Of a DNA stretch of 64,000 bases, positions 36,945 through 46,588 are shown in pieces (position 1 is the first letter of the stretch; every line of letters begins with the position of its first letter). The stretch comes from a virus. Lineage: Duplodnaviria; Caudoviricetes. Location of the stretch: IMG/VR virus record IMGVR_UViG_3300049573_000219, positions 32,001-96,000 of that record; one strand, given 5' to 3'. The notes beneath the pieces are model-generated. The model worked only from the letters and a program-made list of their open reading frames with translations, did no database searches and had not been told where the DNA came from. The position numbers and the translations under genes are program-made.

Positions 36945-37325
36945 TCAGTACTTGCGGACCTTGGACCAGCCGTCCTCGGTCTCCAGGAACGTGCCCTGGG
37001 GCTTCTGGGTGTGCTCGATGGGGGTCCCGTCCGGGAACTCGTACTCCCCGCCCTCGTACAGCTTCCGGGTGATCGTCAGACTGGCCACTTCGACCGGCTG
37101 GCCGGAGTCCATCGTGTGCAGCGTGATCTCTGTGACCAGGGGGTAGTTCTCCTGGCCTCCCGGGATCATGAAGCCGTTCGCCGACCACACGGCCGCCTCC
37201 CGAAGGGCCAGGTTCGCCGACGTCTCGAACGGTGAAACCCACACCCCTTCGTGCCGGTACCCGAAGTCACGGGACCCCTCCTTGTGGCGCCACGTCATCC
37301 GCCACAGGTCCCGAAGCTGATTCAC
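36945..37325 (-). CDS. Hypothetical protein
   Basis: GGAAGGAG SD. Confidence 0.7.
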   Translation of the reverse strand: MNQLRDLWRMTWRHKEGSRDFGYRHEGVWVSPFETSANLALREAAVWSANGFMIPGGQENYPLVTEITLHTMDSGQPVEVASLTITRKLYEGGEYEFPDGTPIEHTQKPQGTFLETEDGWSKVRKY

Positions 37326-37387
37326 GCTCTCTCCTTCCGAAGGGGGCGGCCGGTCTCCCGGCCGCCCCGAGCGGCGCCGTCGGCCCG

Positions 37388-37513
37388 CTACTTCTTGTCG
37401 GCGTCCATCTGCTGCGCGTTCTCCGGGGTGACCGCGATGGCCTCCGGGGGCGGGGTGTCGGCCGGGATCGGCACGTTGATCATGTCCGGGGGCTCGGGGG
37501 TCTGCTGCGTCAT
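37388..37513 (-). CDS. 41-aa Pro-rich micro-protein MTQQTPEPPDMINVPIP...
   Basis: GACGGAGAAGGA SD; high GC3. Confidence 0.55.
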   Translation of the reverse strand: MTQQTPEPPDMINVPIPADTPPPEAIAVTPENAQQMDADKK

Positions 37514-37583
37514 GTCCTTCTCCGTCTTCCGGGGTCAGTTCCCTGTGCTCACGTGGTGCTCTGCGTGCGTTCGTCCGTACAGG

Positions 37584-37649
37584 TCAGAGGCCGTACTTCC
37601 GCCTGATCCTCTCGGCCTCCTGGGCGATGTCCTTCCAGTCCTGCATCAC
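37584..37649 (-). CDS. Possible 21-aa micro-protein (M)MQDWKDIAQEAERIRRKYGL
   Basis: GGAGGTGATC near-perfect anti-SD match. Confidence 0.4.
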   Translation of the reverse strand: MMQDWKDIAQEAERIRRKYGL

Positions 37650-37732
37650 GATCACCTCCCTTCCACTCACACCGCTCACGAGCGGCGCTCTCGGGCCCCC
37701 GGCCGCAGCCGGTTGCCCTGGGGCGCCTCCCG

Positions 37733-38080
37733 TCAGGCCGGAGCGGAACCGCTGCGGATCAGGCTGGACACGAAGTCCAGCAGCTCGGCCGCGTCGGTCG
37801 GCAGCTCGCCGCCGGGGGCCAGCTTCTTCAGCAGCTCGACCGTCAGGTGCTCGGCCTGGTCCCGGCGCAGGGCGGTCACCGGGGCCGTGGTCCCGTAGTA
37901 GCCGGGGTACGGGAACGCGAAGTCCCCGCTCCGGCACAGGCCGCCGATGATGATGTCGAAGTTGTGCCCCTGCATGCTCTGCTCATTGCGCCGCCGGACG
38001 TGCTGCTCCGCCGCGTTCAGGTACTCCTCCGGTGTGGCCACCCAGGCACGGCCCTCGTTCAGGCCCTCGCTCGTCAGCAT
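37733..38080 (-). CDS. Hypothetical protein
   Basis: GACGGAGAGGGAG SD. Confidence 0.7.
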   Translation of the reverse strand: MLTSEGLNEGRAWVATPEEYLNAAEQHVRRRNEQSMQGHNFDIIIGGLCRSGDFAFPYPGYYGTTAPVTALRRDQAEHLTVELLKKLAPGGELPTDAAELLDFVSSLIRSGSAPA

Positions 38081-38159
38081 CTTCTCCCTCTCCGTCCGCT
38101 CGTTCGAGCGGCACTCCCGGGTGCCCGGCCGGAGCCGGGCACCCTAGGGTGCCTCCCGT

Positions 38160-38480
38160 TCAGAGGTTCGCGCCGCACAGGTGGCACGCCTTGCCGTCGG
38201 CGTGCGCACCCTGGCCGTGGCCGATCCCGAACCGGCTCACCGTCTTCTTCAGGCGCTCCTCCTTCACGCCATGCAGCGGGTTGTTCCCGACGCTGTAGAG
38301 CGCGTACGCCACCTTGGCCGGGCCGCCGTCCTCGATCACGGCGTCGTAACCGCGCACGTAGCCGCTCAGGAACGGCAGGCGCAGGGCCGACGGGGATCCG
38401 GGGTCGACGTCGATCGTGACGTGGTCGCCGTACTGGAACTTCAGCGGCGTGCCGTCGGGCAGGGTCCAGGCGTCGCTCAC
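38160..38480 (-). CDS. Hypothetical protein (SH3-like beta fold possible)
   Basis: KFQYGDHVTI; GTGA coupling. Confidence 0.65.
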   Translation of the reverse strand: MSDAWTLPDGTPLKFQYGDHVTIDVDPGSPSALRLPFLSGYVRGYDAVIEDGGPAKVAYALYSVGNNPLHGVKEERLKKTVSRFGIGHGQGAHADGKACHLCGANL

Positions 38481-39067
38481 TTGCCAGCCTCCTTGGCGTA
38501 CGGGGCGAACGCCTCGCGGGCCGCCTCCTCGGCGTACTCCCGGCCGATGTGACCCCAGCAGGAGTCGACGTGCTCCCACTCGCGCGTCTCGTCGTCCAGG
38601 TCGGGGTCCTCCCGGTCCTCCGCGTCCCTCGGGATGCGGGTGACGTCCTTCTCGATGATGAAGCCGTAGACCTCGCCCTCGGCCCACTTGCGGTACTGGT
38701 CGATCTCCAGCTCGATGACCCGCTTCGGCTCCCACGGCGTCTCGGCCGCCTTGTCGGGCATCAGGTACCACAAGGACCAGGCGCCGTCGTGGGGGCGGTC
38801 CTCGATGACCGTGGCGCCGTGGAAGAGCCTGGCCCACCGGGTGAAGACGGGGACCGCGTCCACGTACCGGTCCTCGATCCGCTCCCACCCGTCGGCCAGC
38901 GGGCCGCCGTTCTCGTCAACGTCGATGTACCGCTGACCCTTCGGGGTGATCACGTTCGTCAGGTTGCAGTCCTGATCGGTCCGGGGGTTCGCGCTCTCGC
39001 TCTCCTGCTGGATCTCCAGCCGCACCCGGTACCGGCCCGCCGTCTCCAGGATGTCCATGTCCGTCAT
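38477..39067 (-). CDS. Conserved phage hypothetical protein
   Basis: EIDQYRKWAEGEVYGF...DSCWGHIG. Confidence 0.75.
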   Translation of the reverse strand: MTDMDILETAGRYRVRLEIQQESESANPRTDQDCNLTNVITPKGQRYIDVDENGGPLADGWERIEDRYVDAVPVFTRWARLFHGATVIEDRPHDGAWSLWYLMPDKAAETPWEPKRVIELEIDQYRKWAEGEVYGFIIEKDVTRIPRDAEDREDPDLDDETREWEHVDSCWGHIGREYAEEAAREAFAPYAKEAGK

Positions 39068-39161
39068 CTCTTCCCTCTCCTCATCCGTCGTCCGTGTTGC
39101 ACCGCCCGGCAACACTCCCGGGCCCCCGGCCTTCCGGCCGGGAACCCTAGGGCGTCTCCGC

Positions 39162-39731
39162 TCAGTTGAAAGGGGTCAGCTCCAGCCGACCGTTCTCCAC
39201 GACCATCGGCCGCAGTGCCTCCCGGTCCTCCTCGGGGTCGTGACCCCTCTCCTCGCACTCGCAGCCGCCGTCGTCGGTGCCGTGCTGGATGAAGTCGCCG
39301 CAGCCGTAGCACCAGATGCAGGTCGACGGCTCGTCCAGCTCCCGCACCGTGATGCGCACCGGCTCCCCGTCGGCGTCGGCCAGGAACCGGTCCCGCTTGA
39401 ACACGTCACCCCGGGGGATGCCGAGACCGAGGTTCAGGATGCGCTCCCGGCACTCGTCGAATCCGCAGAACTCGTACAGCGTGTGCGTGGAGCCGTTGCT
39501 GTAGATCTCGATCTGCTGCGGGCCGTCCGCGTCCGTCACCTGCCGGGTCAGCTCGACCGACTCCCGGTCGACCGGGATCGCGTCGTGCGGGTACCGCCAC
39601 GACGCGCCCTCGGGGTGCAGGTGCACGACCGCACCTCCCAGGTCGTGCTCGACGATCCCGGTCTTCCCGCCGTCGTACTCCACCCGGTCGCCCCGGTCGA
39701 ACATCTGGATCCCGCGCGCCATCTCAGCCAC
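39162..39731 (-). CDS. Hypothetical protein with Cys motifs
   Basis: GACGGAGAGGGAG SD. Confidence 0.7.
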   Translation of the reverse strand: MAEMARGIQMFDRGDRVEYDGGKTGIVEHDLGGAVVHLHPEGASWRYPHDAIPVDRESVELTRQVTDADGPQQIEIYSNGSTHTLYEFCGFDECRERILNLGLGIPRGDVFKRDRFLADADGEPVRITVRELDEPSTCIWCYGCGDFIQHGTDDGGCECEERGHDPEEDREALRPMVVENGRLELTPFN

Positions 39732-39752
39732 GTCGCTTCTCCCTCTCCGTCG

Positions 39753-40052
39753 CTACCAGCAGATCTCGATCAGGTACTTGCCCGCCGGGACGTTGCCCTC
39801 CCGGATCATCTTGGCCAGCACGACCTCGGGCCTCGGGCTGAAGCCCTCCATCCCGGAGTCCAGCCACTTCTTCAGCTTCCCGGCGTCCCAGTCGTCCAGC
39901 TCGTCACCCGTGGCCTCCGTGGTGTACGAGCTGTCGTTCTCCCCCTCGACCGCCAGGCAGGCGGAGTACGGAAGGCCGCCGTAGAACTCCGAGACGGCCT
40001 CGTTGAACTCCCGCTCGCCGACCTCGTGAATGATCTTCGTGTTGATCTGCAT
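39753..40052 (-). CDS. Hypothetical protein
   Basis: Operon position. Confidence 0.7.
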   Translation of the reverse strand: MQINTKIIHEVGEREFNEAVSEFYGGLPYSACLAVEGENDSSYTTEATGDELDDWDAGKLKKWLDSGMEGFSPRPEVVLAKMIREGNVPAGKYLIEICW

Positions 40053-40064
40053 GACGCCCCGCCC

Positions 40065-40415
40065 TCAGTAGCTGTAGCCCTCGATGGTGGCCCTCTCGTA
40101 CGCCCCGCCGTCGCTGCGGGTCCACGCCGACAGCTCCGCCGCCACGTACTCCGAGGGGTCGTCGTACTCCTTGGGGAACCCGTCGCCGTCCAGGTCGCCG
40201 TCCGTGCCGATCACGGCCACGCCACCGGTCTCCCCGGCGCCGTTGCTGAACTCCCGGCCCGCCGTCGCCGCCTCCTTGATCTGCTCGGCGTACCGGTCCC
40301 AGAAGTCGCGCCGGATCACCTCGATGTAAGGGGTGTCCACCGTCCACACGCCCGCCCACGAGTCCGTCAGGGCGACGCCGATCTCGTTCTCACCGTCGGT
40401 GATGTAGCTCCCCAT
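40065..40415 (-). CDS. Acidic hypothetical protein
   Basis: ACGGAGAAGAG SD; MGSYITDG... Confidence 0.7.
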   Translation of the reverse strand: MGSYITDGENEIGVALTDSWAGVWTVDTPYIEVIRRDFWDRYAEQIKEAATAGREFSNGAGETGGVAVIGTDGDLDGDGFPKEYDDPSEYVAAELSAWTRSDGGAYERATIEGYSY

Positions 40416-40502
40416 GCTCTTCTCCGTTTCCGTCTCAACGTTCACCGTCCGACACGGCACGTCAGCGGCCGATCCCGGAGGACCGGCCGCTCCCGAACCC
40501 GT

Positions 40503-40519
40503 CGGCCTAGGCCAGGTTA
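40503..40519 (-). promoter_or_regulatory. -10 TAACCT overlapping operator TGGCCTAGGCCG
   Basis: Repeated motif. Confidence 0.5.
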
Positions 40520-40550
40520 GCGGCGCCGGGCATCCGGCGCCAGTCGTGCG

Positions 40551-40835
40551 TCAGCCGCGCCCGGACTCGTACCATCCGAGCACGTTCCGGCTCCCGTCGT
40601 CCTGCTGCGTCTGACTCCAGACGATCGACACGGCGCCGATCTCCCGGCCGCTCGAACCGTCGGAGAGCTGCGCCCGCAGCGGGCCGCCGCGCACGGTCAT
40701 CCCGGCGCTCACGCACGGGGCCAGCTCCGAGGCGATGCGGAGCTGCGTGATGGGCTCCGCCCGGACCTCCCAGTCCTCGTTCAGCTTGTCGTACGACATC
40801 GCCGGGTACCTGTTGCTTCCGTCCGCCATGCTCAT
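40551..40835 (-). CDS. Hypothetical protein
   Basis: GACGGAAGGG SD; ATGA coupling. Confidence 0.65.
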   Translation of the reverse strand: MSMADGSNRYPAMSYDKLNEDWEVRAEPITQLRIASELAPCVSAGMTVRGGPLRAQLSDGSSGREIGAVSIVWSQTQQDDGSRNVLGWYESGRG

Positions 40836-41455
40836 CCCTTCCGTCCGAACGTGAGGGTGAGGGAGTTGTCGACTCCCTTGCCGTAGCGCTTCGGCGAAAC
40901 CCGCAGAAAGCGCAGCTTGTTGCCGTCCACCAGGAACTCGTGGGCGTACTGCGGGCCGATCTCCGGCTCCCCGGTGACCGGCCAGTCGCACCGCTTGGTG
41001 ACCCGCCCCTTCCGGTCGGTCATCGAGATCCCGGTGTCGTCCTTCCGGGTGATGACCAGGTCGTCACGGAACTCGTTCGCCCCGTGGCCGAACCAGTTGA
41101 CCGACTGCCCCGTCTCGACGGTCGCGGCCAGCTCCCGCACCGTGGCCATGTCGCTCGGCAGGACCGTCCCGTGGCTGCGGCCGAACAGGCGGAAGTCACG
41201 GTTCGTGCACCCGGCGAGGAAGTTGGGACGGAAGAACTCCGCTCCCGTGAATCGCCCCTCTTCCGGCGTGACGTCCCAGTTCGGGCCCGGCGTGCAGTCC
41301 TCCCATGGCGCCAGGAACGACGTCCCGTCGGCCCGCTCGATCTCGTACGTACCGGCCCACTGGTGACCGTCCAGGTAGCGCACCCGGGCTACCCCGTAGA
41401 CCGTCTCCGCGTCCGTGTCGACGACGACCCGCAGGCCCGTCAGGTTGAGGTTCAC
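40832..41455 (-). CDS. Hypothetical protein
   Basis: GTGA coupling; MNLNLTGL... Confidence 0.7.
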   Translation of the reverse strand: MNLNLTGLRVVVDTDAETVYGVARVRYLDGHQWAGTYEIERADGTSFLAPWEDCTPGPNWDVTPEEGRFTGAEFFRPNFLAGCTNRDFRLFGRSHGTVLPSDMATVRELAATVETGQSVNWFGHGANEFRDDLVITRKDDTGISMTDRKGRVTKRCDWPVTGEPEIGPQYAHEFLVDGNKLRFLRVSPKRYGKGVDNSLTLTFGRKG

Positions 41456-42015
41456 GCGCGGTCCCCCTTCAGGATGTCCCGCTCGGCGACGTGGGCGTAC
41501 GTGATGGCCGGGGGCTTGGCGTTGAAGTGCCGGAACAGGTGGTCGTTCGACCGGGCGATGTACGCGTTCAGCGCCCGCTGCTCGTCGAAGGTGTACGTCC
41601 CGTTGCTCACCTCGCCGTACGGGTCGACGGTGTAGACCACGTACTCCCGCTTGTGGTCGGTCCACGCCAGGACCGTGCCGATCCGGCGCTCCCCGCCGCC
41701 CGCACCGTTCGCGTACTGCACGGCCAGCACGATGGAGCCGACGCCGACGATGTCGCCGCACTTGACCGTGCGGTAGCCGTTCTGCGAGTCGAGCACGTCG
41801 ATCAGGTTGTCCCGCTCCTCCGGGGACAGCACCACGTACTCCGTCTGCGTCCACGACGGGTGGTCCCCGTCGGTCACGGTCGCCTTGCCGATGCGCAGCA
41901 CGGCGTTCCCGGCGTTCGACTGCTCGACCGATCCGATCACGCTCGGGTTCGGCGCGTACTCCGACGGGCCGATACCCAGCCCCAGGATTCCCCTCAGCTT
42001 CTTGATCACGTTCAT
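41452..42015 (-). CDS. Hypothetical protein
   Basis: GGAAGGG SD; MNVIKKL... Confidence 0.7.
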   Translation of the reverse strand: MNVIKKLRGILGLGIGPSEYAPNPSVIGSVEQSNAGNAVLRIGKATVTDGDHPSWTQTEYVVLSPEERDNLIDVLDSQNGYRTVKCGDIVGVGSIVLAVQYANGAGGGERRIGTVLAWTDHKREYVVYTVDPYGEVSNGTYTFDEQRALNAYIARSNDHLFRHFNAKPPAITYAHVAERDILKGDRA

Positions 42016-42099
42016 CTTCCCTTCCATCTTCCGTACGTCCCACCGTGGGACACAGGCGCGCACGAGCCCCCTCCCGTGCGCCCCTGAATCACGCGGTGA

Positions 42100-42345
42100 T
42101 CACAGGCAGTCCGGGATCTCGATCCCGTTCTCCTCCAGCAGCGCCCGCAGCCCGGCGACCTCCATCCGGTGGTTGCGCTCGACCCGGGCGGCGTTGTCCC
42201 GGGCGTAGATCTGGTGAACCATCTCCGCGATCTCCGGGTCGTAGTCCGGGTCGCTGGTGTCGGGGGTGTAGGCGATCTCTCGCTCCCGGCCGCCGTTCTC
42301 CTCCCGGTACTTCCAGTCCATCGCGTCGTCGTAGTCCATCCGCAT
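42100..42345 (-). CDS. Acidic small protein
   Basis: GAGGTGA SD. Confidence 0.65.
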   Translation of the reverse strand: MRMDYDDAMDWKYREENGGREREIAYTPDTSDPDYDPEIAEMVHQIYARDNAARVERNHRMEVAGLRALLEENGIEIPDCL

Positions 42346-42354
42346 GACGTCACC

Positions 42355-42882
42355 TCACCACTTGAACTTGTCGAACCAGATCAGGGTCCCGCCCTCGCGG
42401 ACCTCACCGCAGACCTCGCCCTCACCCGTGGCGTGGTCGACGTACCACTTCTCGAAGTCCTCGGGTTTGTCGAACCCCTCCCAGTCGGAGAGCGCCGGGT
42501 TCTCGTCGTCCGGGCCGATGTAGTCGGTCTCCGCGTAGTCCCGGGCCAGCTCCTCGAAGTCGGCGAACGACTCGCCCCGGTAGGACGCGATCACCTTGCG
42601 CAGATCGGCCGGGGTCAGCGCCTCCCGGTCCTCCGCGTCCAGCACGGCCAGCGCGCCGTCGATGATCTGCTCCGTGACGACCTCGCCCTTGTCCTCCCGG
42701 TCGTCGTCCGGCTCCACCGGAGCGCCGTACAGCTCGTCACAGAGCCACGCCCCGAGCGCCCCCAGCTCCCCGGCGTTCCACTCCCGGGTGTCGGTGGGGC
42801 AGAAACCGGCGACCTCCGCCACCTCCAGCGCCTCACGCCACAGCTCCAGCGGGTATGCGCTGGTCTCCACGATCTCGATCAT
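42355..42882 (-). CDS. Highly acidic protein, ArdA-like DNA-mimic candidate
   Basis: SYRGESFADFEELARDYAETDY resembles the ArdA YxGxxxSxEDFAxE motif. Confidence 0.5.
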   Translation of the reverse strand: MIEIVETSAYPLELWREALEVAEVAGFCPTDTREWNAGELGALGAWLCDELYGAPVEPDDDREDKGEVVTEQIIDGALAVLDAEDREALTPADLRKVIASYRGESFADFEELARDYAETDYIGPDDENPALSDWEGFDKPEDFEKWYVDHATGEGEVCGEVREGGTLIWFDKFKW

Positions 42883-42961
42883 GTTTTCCGTTCTCCCTTC
42901 CGTCCGTGGTCCACGGTGGGGCACCCGGTCTCCCGGATGCCCGCCCGAAGCACGCGGATGG

Positions 42962-43480
42962 TCAGCCCTTGCACGACCCGTCGCAGTAGGTCGTCTCACC
43001 CATGCCGACGCCGGGGTTCATCAGGTCGGCGTCCTCCCCGTTGTGCCCCTCGCACGGGTTGTGATCGGCGCACCGCTTGACCAGGACGATGTTCCCGGCC
43101 GCGTCCGTGTCGACCTCGCACCCGTTGCCCTCGGCGGAGCACTCCACCCAGTCCCGCATGACGATGTACTCGCCCATCTCGACGTTGAGCACCCAGCCCT
43201 CGGGGAGCTGTTCACCCAGGTACTCGATCGCCTTGTCGGTGATGCCGCCCTGGCCGGTCATCGCCTCCAGCTTGTTCAGCTCGTCGTCCGAGGCGCCCGC
43301 GTCCGACTCTCCCGAGTTGCGGTACCACTCGACGACCGCCGTGTCCTCGGCGTCCAGCTCCATGCCGTGGTGCGTGGCGATGTCGACGATGCGGTACGAG
43401 TTCGTCCATCCGGCCGCCCCGTCCAGCCAGCATCCGGCCTCGACCTGGTTGCCGTTCTCCAGCGTGATGATCTCCGTCAT
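42962..43480 (-). CDS. Acidic hypothetical protein with Cys-rich tail
   Basis: GACGGAAGAGGAG SD. Confidence 0.7.
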   Translation of the reverse strand: MTEIITLENGNQVEAGCWLDGAAGWTNSYRIVDIATHHGMELDAEDTAVVEWYRNSGESDAGASDDELNKLEAMTGQGGITDKAIEYLGEQLPEGWVLNVEMGEYIVMRDWVECSAEGNGCEVDTDAAGNIVLVKRCADHNPCEGHNGEDADLMNPGVGMGETTYCDGSCKG

Positions 43481-43518
43481 GCCCTTCTCCTCTTCCGTCA
43501 TGATTCTGCGGATCGGTC

Positions 43519-43911
43519 TTACGCGTCGCCCTCGGCGGCGTTGATCAGCTCCTGCGCCCGCTCGGCGCCGCGCAGCTCCCATCGGCCGTAGTCCTCCCGC
43601 TCGGCCGCCGTGGCGCCGTATCGGGAGTACGCCACCTGAACGGCCAGAAGGAACTCGCCGTCGTCCCCGTTGGGCTCGATGCCCATCAGGGACAGGTACC
43701 GCATGGCGGCCGACGTGTAGAACGCGCACGCCTGCCGGGCTCCCTGCGGTCCGTACCACGTGAGCTGATCCCGCGCGTCGGCGTACGACGTCCCGTGCTC
43801 CGGGTGCGAGCCGACCGGCCCCAGCTTGAACATGCCGTCGGTGATCCGCTCGACCCGGGCCGTCACCTCCCGCACGAACGCCCCCGTGAACTTGATTCGC
43901 TCCGATTCCAC
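43519..43911 (-). CDS. Hypothetical protein
   Basis: GACGGAAGGGAG SD. Confidence 0.7.
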   Translation of the reverse strand: MESERIKFTGAFVREVTARVERITDGMFKLGPVGSHPEHGTSYADARDQLTWYGPQGARQACAFYTSAAMRYLSLMGIEPNGDDGEFLLAVQVAYSRYGATAAEREDYGRWELRGAERAQELINAAEGDA

Positions 43912-44020
43912 CCTTGATCTCCCTTCCGTCTGGTTCATGACCATTCGTCCGATCAGGAACACACTGGAAGATTCGGAACGCGCCCGGAAGCGCCTTCCGA
44001 ATCCTCCCGAATGCCTCAGA

Positions 44021-44149
44021 TCAGGCGCCGAACGTGCGTCGGTAGGCTTCCCGGGCCTCCCGTGCCGACCGGCGCACCGCCTTCCACTGATGCCGCAGGG
44101 TCACGGCACCGCCCACCACCACGAGACCGGCGACGACGTAGCCGATCAC
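44021..44149 (-). CDS. 42-aa membrane micro-protein MIGYVVAGLVVVGGAVTL...
   Basis: GTGA coupling; TM helix plus basic tail. Confidence 0.5.
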   Translation of the reverse strand: MIGYVVAGLVVVGGAVTLRHQWKAVRRSAREAREAYRRTFGA

Positions 44150-44418
44150 GCGTCGAACACCAGGAAGACGTCCCGGTCGGGCGTCCCCCGGTCCCACACC
44201 GGCCGCCGCCCCGTGCCCTGTGCCAGCAGCAGCAGACCGGCAACGTGCTCCGTCGCCTCCCGGCCCTCGACCGGGTTCCCGTTGCGCTTGATCGGCAGCG
44301 GGAGCGCCAGGGTGGCGCCCGTGCGCGTGTCCCGGGCCGTCAGGCCCCGCGACTTACTCCCCGCCGGACCGACCTCCGTGCCCCGGACGATGATCTCTCG
44401 CGGCTTCTCCTGCGTCAT
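44146..44418 (-). CDS. Hypothetical protein
   Basis: GGAGAGGA SD. Confidence 0.65.
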   Translation of the reverse strand: MTQEKPREIIVRGTEVGPAGSKSRGLTARDTRTGATLALPLPIKRNGNPVEGREATEHVAGLLLLAQGTGRRPVWDRGTPDRDVFLVFDA

Positions 44419-44450
44419 GCTGCGTTCCTCTCCCTCGTTGCCGGGCCCGT

Positions 44451-44669
44451 TCAGGCCCGGAAGTTGTAGCCCATCAGGCGCTCGTGGATCATCCGCACGG
44501 CGGGCCGGTCGGCCAGCTCCCGCGCGACCTCCGCGTGCGCCTCCATGTCGTCGTCCGGGAGCACGTGACGGGGGCGGCTGAACTCTCCCGCCCCGCCCTC
44601 CGTGATCACGGCCTTGACCTTCTCCGGCTCCGTGGCGGTCGGCGCCACCCGGTACGTCCAGATGATCAC
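44451..44669 (-). CDS. Hypothetical protein
   Basis: AGGAGG SD; GTGA coupling. Confidence 0.65.
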   Translation of the reverse strand: MIIWTYRVAPTATEPEKVKAVITEGGAGEFSRPRHVLPDDDMEAHAEVARELADRPAVRMIHERLMGYNFRA

Positions 44670-45154
44670 GCCGTGACCTCCTTGTGGATCAGCGCCCACC
44701 CGTACGCCTGAGACTCGGGGTCGTAGTCGGCGTGTTCGCAGCGCTCCCGCTCCGTCCACTCCTGGCACGGCATCCCGTCCTCCCCGGCGCCGCACGTGGG
44801 CGGGTGCATCTCGACCGAGACGATCGCCCACAGTCCCGGCGTCTCGCGGATGTGGTCCTCCAGGTCCCGCCCGAAGTGCTGCCGTCCCGGGTCGAACGCG
44901 AACAGCGATCCCGCCCCGGCCCACCCGGTGAGCACTCGCCACCCGTTCTCGACCCCGGCGATGGCCGCCCGCTCGTGGTCCTCCAGCACGTCCGGCATCT
45001 CCCAGTCGCCCGACCAGTCGATGTCGATGGACTCCGGCGCGTAGTCCTCCAGCCGCGCGGGCGGGTACGCGGCCGTCTCGAACGTCCCGTCAGGCTTGAC
45101 AAGGATCGGCAACGCGCTCGGCCCGTGCAGCGCCTCATCCAGCGTCTCGGCCAC
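44666..45154 (-). CDS. Acidic hypothetical protein
   Basis: GACGGAAGGGAG SD. Confidence 0.7.
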   Translation of the reverse strand: MAETLDEALHGPSALPILVKPDGTFETAAYPPARLEDYAPESIDIDWSGDWEMPDVLEDHERAAIAGVENGWRVLTGWAGAGSLFAFDPGRQHFGRDLEDHIRETPGLWAIVSVEMHPPTCGAGEDGMPCQEWTERERCEHADYDPESQAYGWALIHKEVTA

Positions 45155-45241
45155 GGTTCATTTCTCCCTTCCGTCCGGACCGTCCGGCACCACGGACCCG
45201 CACGGAATCGCTCCCGTGCAGGCCCGAAGCACTGCGCTCCG

Positions 45242-45481
45242 TCACCGTTCCCGCAGGTCGTCGCCGTGCGTGTAGCTGAACCTGGTCCCGGCGACGTGTA
45301 TGGAGTATCCGTCGCCGTTCGACACGTCCTCTCCCAGCTCATCGAGCCGGTCCAGAATCCGCTCCAGCTCCCCGTACGCCTCCCGGATCTGCACCCGCGC
45401 CGGGTCGGCCGCCAGTTCGTCACGCTCCCGCTGGAGTCGGGCGATCTGTGCGTCTATCGCCTTCAGCTTGTCGCCGCTCAC
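45242..45481 (-). CDS. Small coiled-coil protein
   Basis: GGAGGGG SD. Confidence 0.65.
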   Translation of the reverse strand: MSGDKLKAIDAQIARLQRERDELAADPARVQIREAYGELERILDRLDELGEDVSNGDGYSIHVAGTRFSYTHGDDLRER

Positions 45482-45494
45482 GTGCGCCCCTCCC

Positions 45495-45953
45495 TCACAT
45501 CCACACCGGCACGATCCGGTGCCCCTGGTTGGCGGCCAGGAATGCCATCCGTTCGGCCCGGCTGCTCATCCCCTCCGCGTCCGTCGGCCGGTTCAGGGTC
45601 ATGCGCAGCCGGGACAGGGTGGTCCCCTCCAGGACCGGCGCGTCCCATGTCCACAGGGTGACCAGCCGTACCGTCTCGCTCGCTTCCGCCTCCCGGCTCT
45701 GCGAGACCTCGCAGAGCGATCCCGGGATCATGTAGTGCTTGCCGATGCACACGCGCGGCTCGTCCTCGACCGCCTTGTGCAGCAGCTCTTGCATGTGCCC
45801 GAGGTGATTCGACAGGCCGATGTATCCCTGCCAGTCGGGATCCGTCCCGTCGCCCGTCTCGGGAGACAGGAACAGGTCGGCCGCGCCCGCGCGTCCCGCC
45901 GTCCACAGCCACCGCTTACCGGCCGGGAGCCGGTACAGGTATGTGTGCTTCAC
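45495..45953 (-). CDS. Hypothetical protein
   Basis: GTGA coupling; MKHTYLY... Confidence 0.65.
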   Translation of the reverse strand: MKHTYLYRLPAGKRWLWTAGRAGAADLFLSPETGDGTDPDWQGYIGLSNHLGHMQELLHKAVEDEPRVCIGKHYMIPGSLCEVSQSREAEASETVRLVTLWTWDAPVLEGTTLSRLRMTLNRPTDAEGMSSRAERMAFLAANQGHRIVPVWM

Positions 45954-46195
45954 GCCTGCCTCACCTCGTGCTGCGTGTCGCCGTCCAGTACGACGACCTC
46001 GCCCTTGACCAGCACGTACGGCGTCGAGCCGTTCCCGTAGGCCATCGCGTACACCCGGCGCCACACCCCCAGGTACTCGACCATGTGCGCCGTCGGGATC
46101 TTCCCGCCGTACCCCGTCACGGTCTGCCCGCTCACCGGCACATCCGTGACCTTGACTCCCGTCACGCTGGCCGGTTCCGTGTACTGCACCGTCAT
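45950..46195 (-). CDS. Conserved phage hypothetical protein
   Basis: TGYGGKIPTAHMV...WRRVY motif. Confidence 0.7.
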   Translation of the reverse strand: MTVQYTEPASVTGVKVTDVPVSGQTVTGYGGKIPTAHMVEYLGVWRRVYAMAYGNGSTPYVLVKGEVVVLDGDTQHEVRQA

Positions 46196-46497
46196 GCCGT
46201 CACCTCTCCCATGCCCGGCTCCCGCACCGCTTCCGTCACGCGCGCCAGGAACGCGGCGCTCACCGCCGGGAAGTCGTCCGACGCCATCGCGGCGCGGATC
46301 CTCCCGTCGGTCGTCACGACCCACACGCCGTAGCGCGTGCGGCCGTTGCCTCCCGTGCGCAGGGTCAGCAGCGTCCCCGCGACCCCGTAGCCACCGTGAA
46401 AGACCTTGAACACGTGATGCACGTCAGCCCGCGCATCCGCGATCTCGTCCCCCGGCTGCATGTGCACGCGCACCGGTTCCGTCGTCGTCGCCCTCAC
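46192..46497 (-). CDS. Hypothetical protein
   Basis: GACGGAAGGGAG SD. Confidence 0.65.
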   Translation of the reverse strand: MRATTTEPVRVHMQPGDEIADARADVHHVFKVFHGGYGVAGTLLTLRTGGNGRTRYGVWVVTTDGRIRAAMASDDFPAVSAAFLARVTEAVREPGMGEVTA

Positions 46498-46588
46498 GTT
46501 TCCCTCTCCCTTCCGTCGAGCCGTCACCACACGGACGGATGCGGGACCGTGGCCCCGCGCCCGCCCGAACAGCGGCGCCCCGTGAGCG

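Noticed and set aside
44146-44669. Paralogy of the two adjacent small genes
   Set aside because: Similarity (II...V(G/A)P...A...E(H/-)VA) is too weak to assert without an alignment
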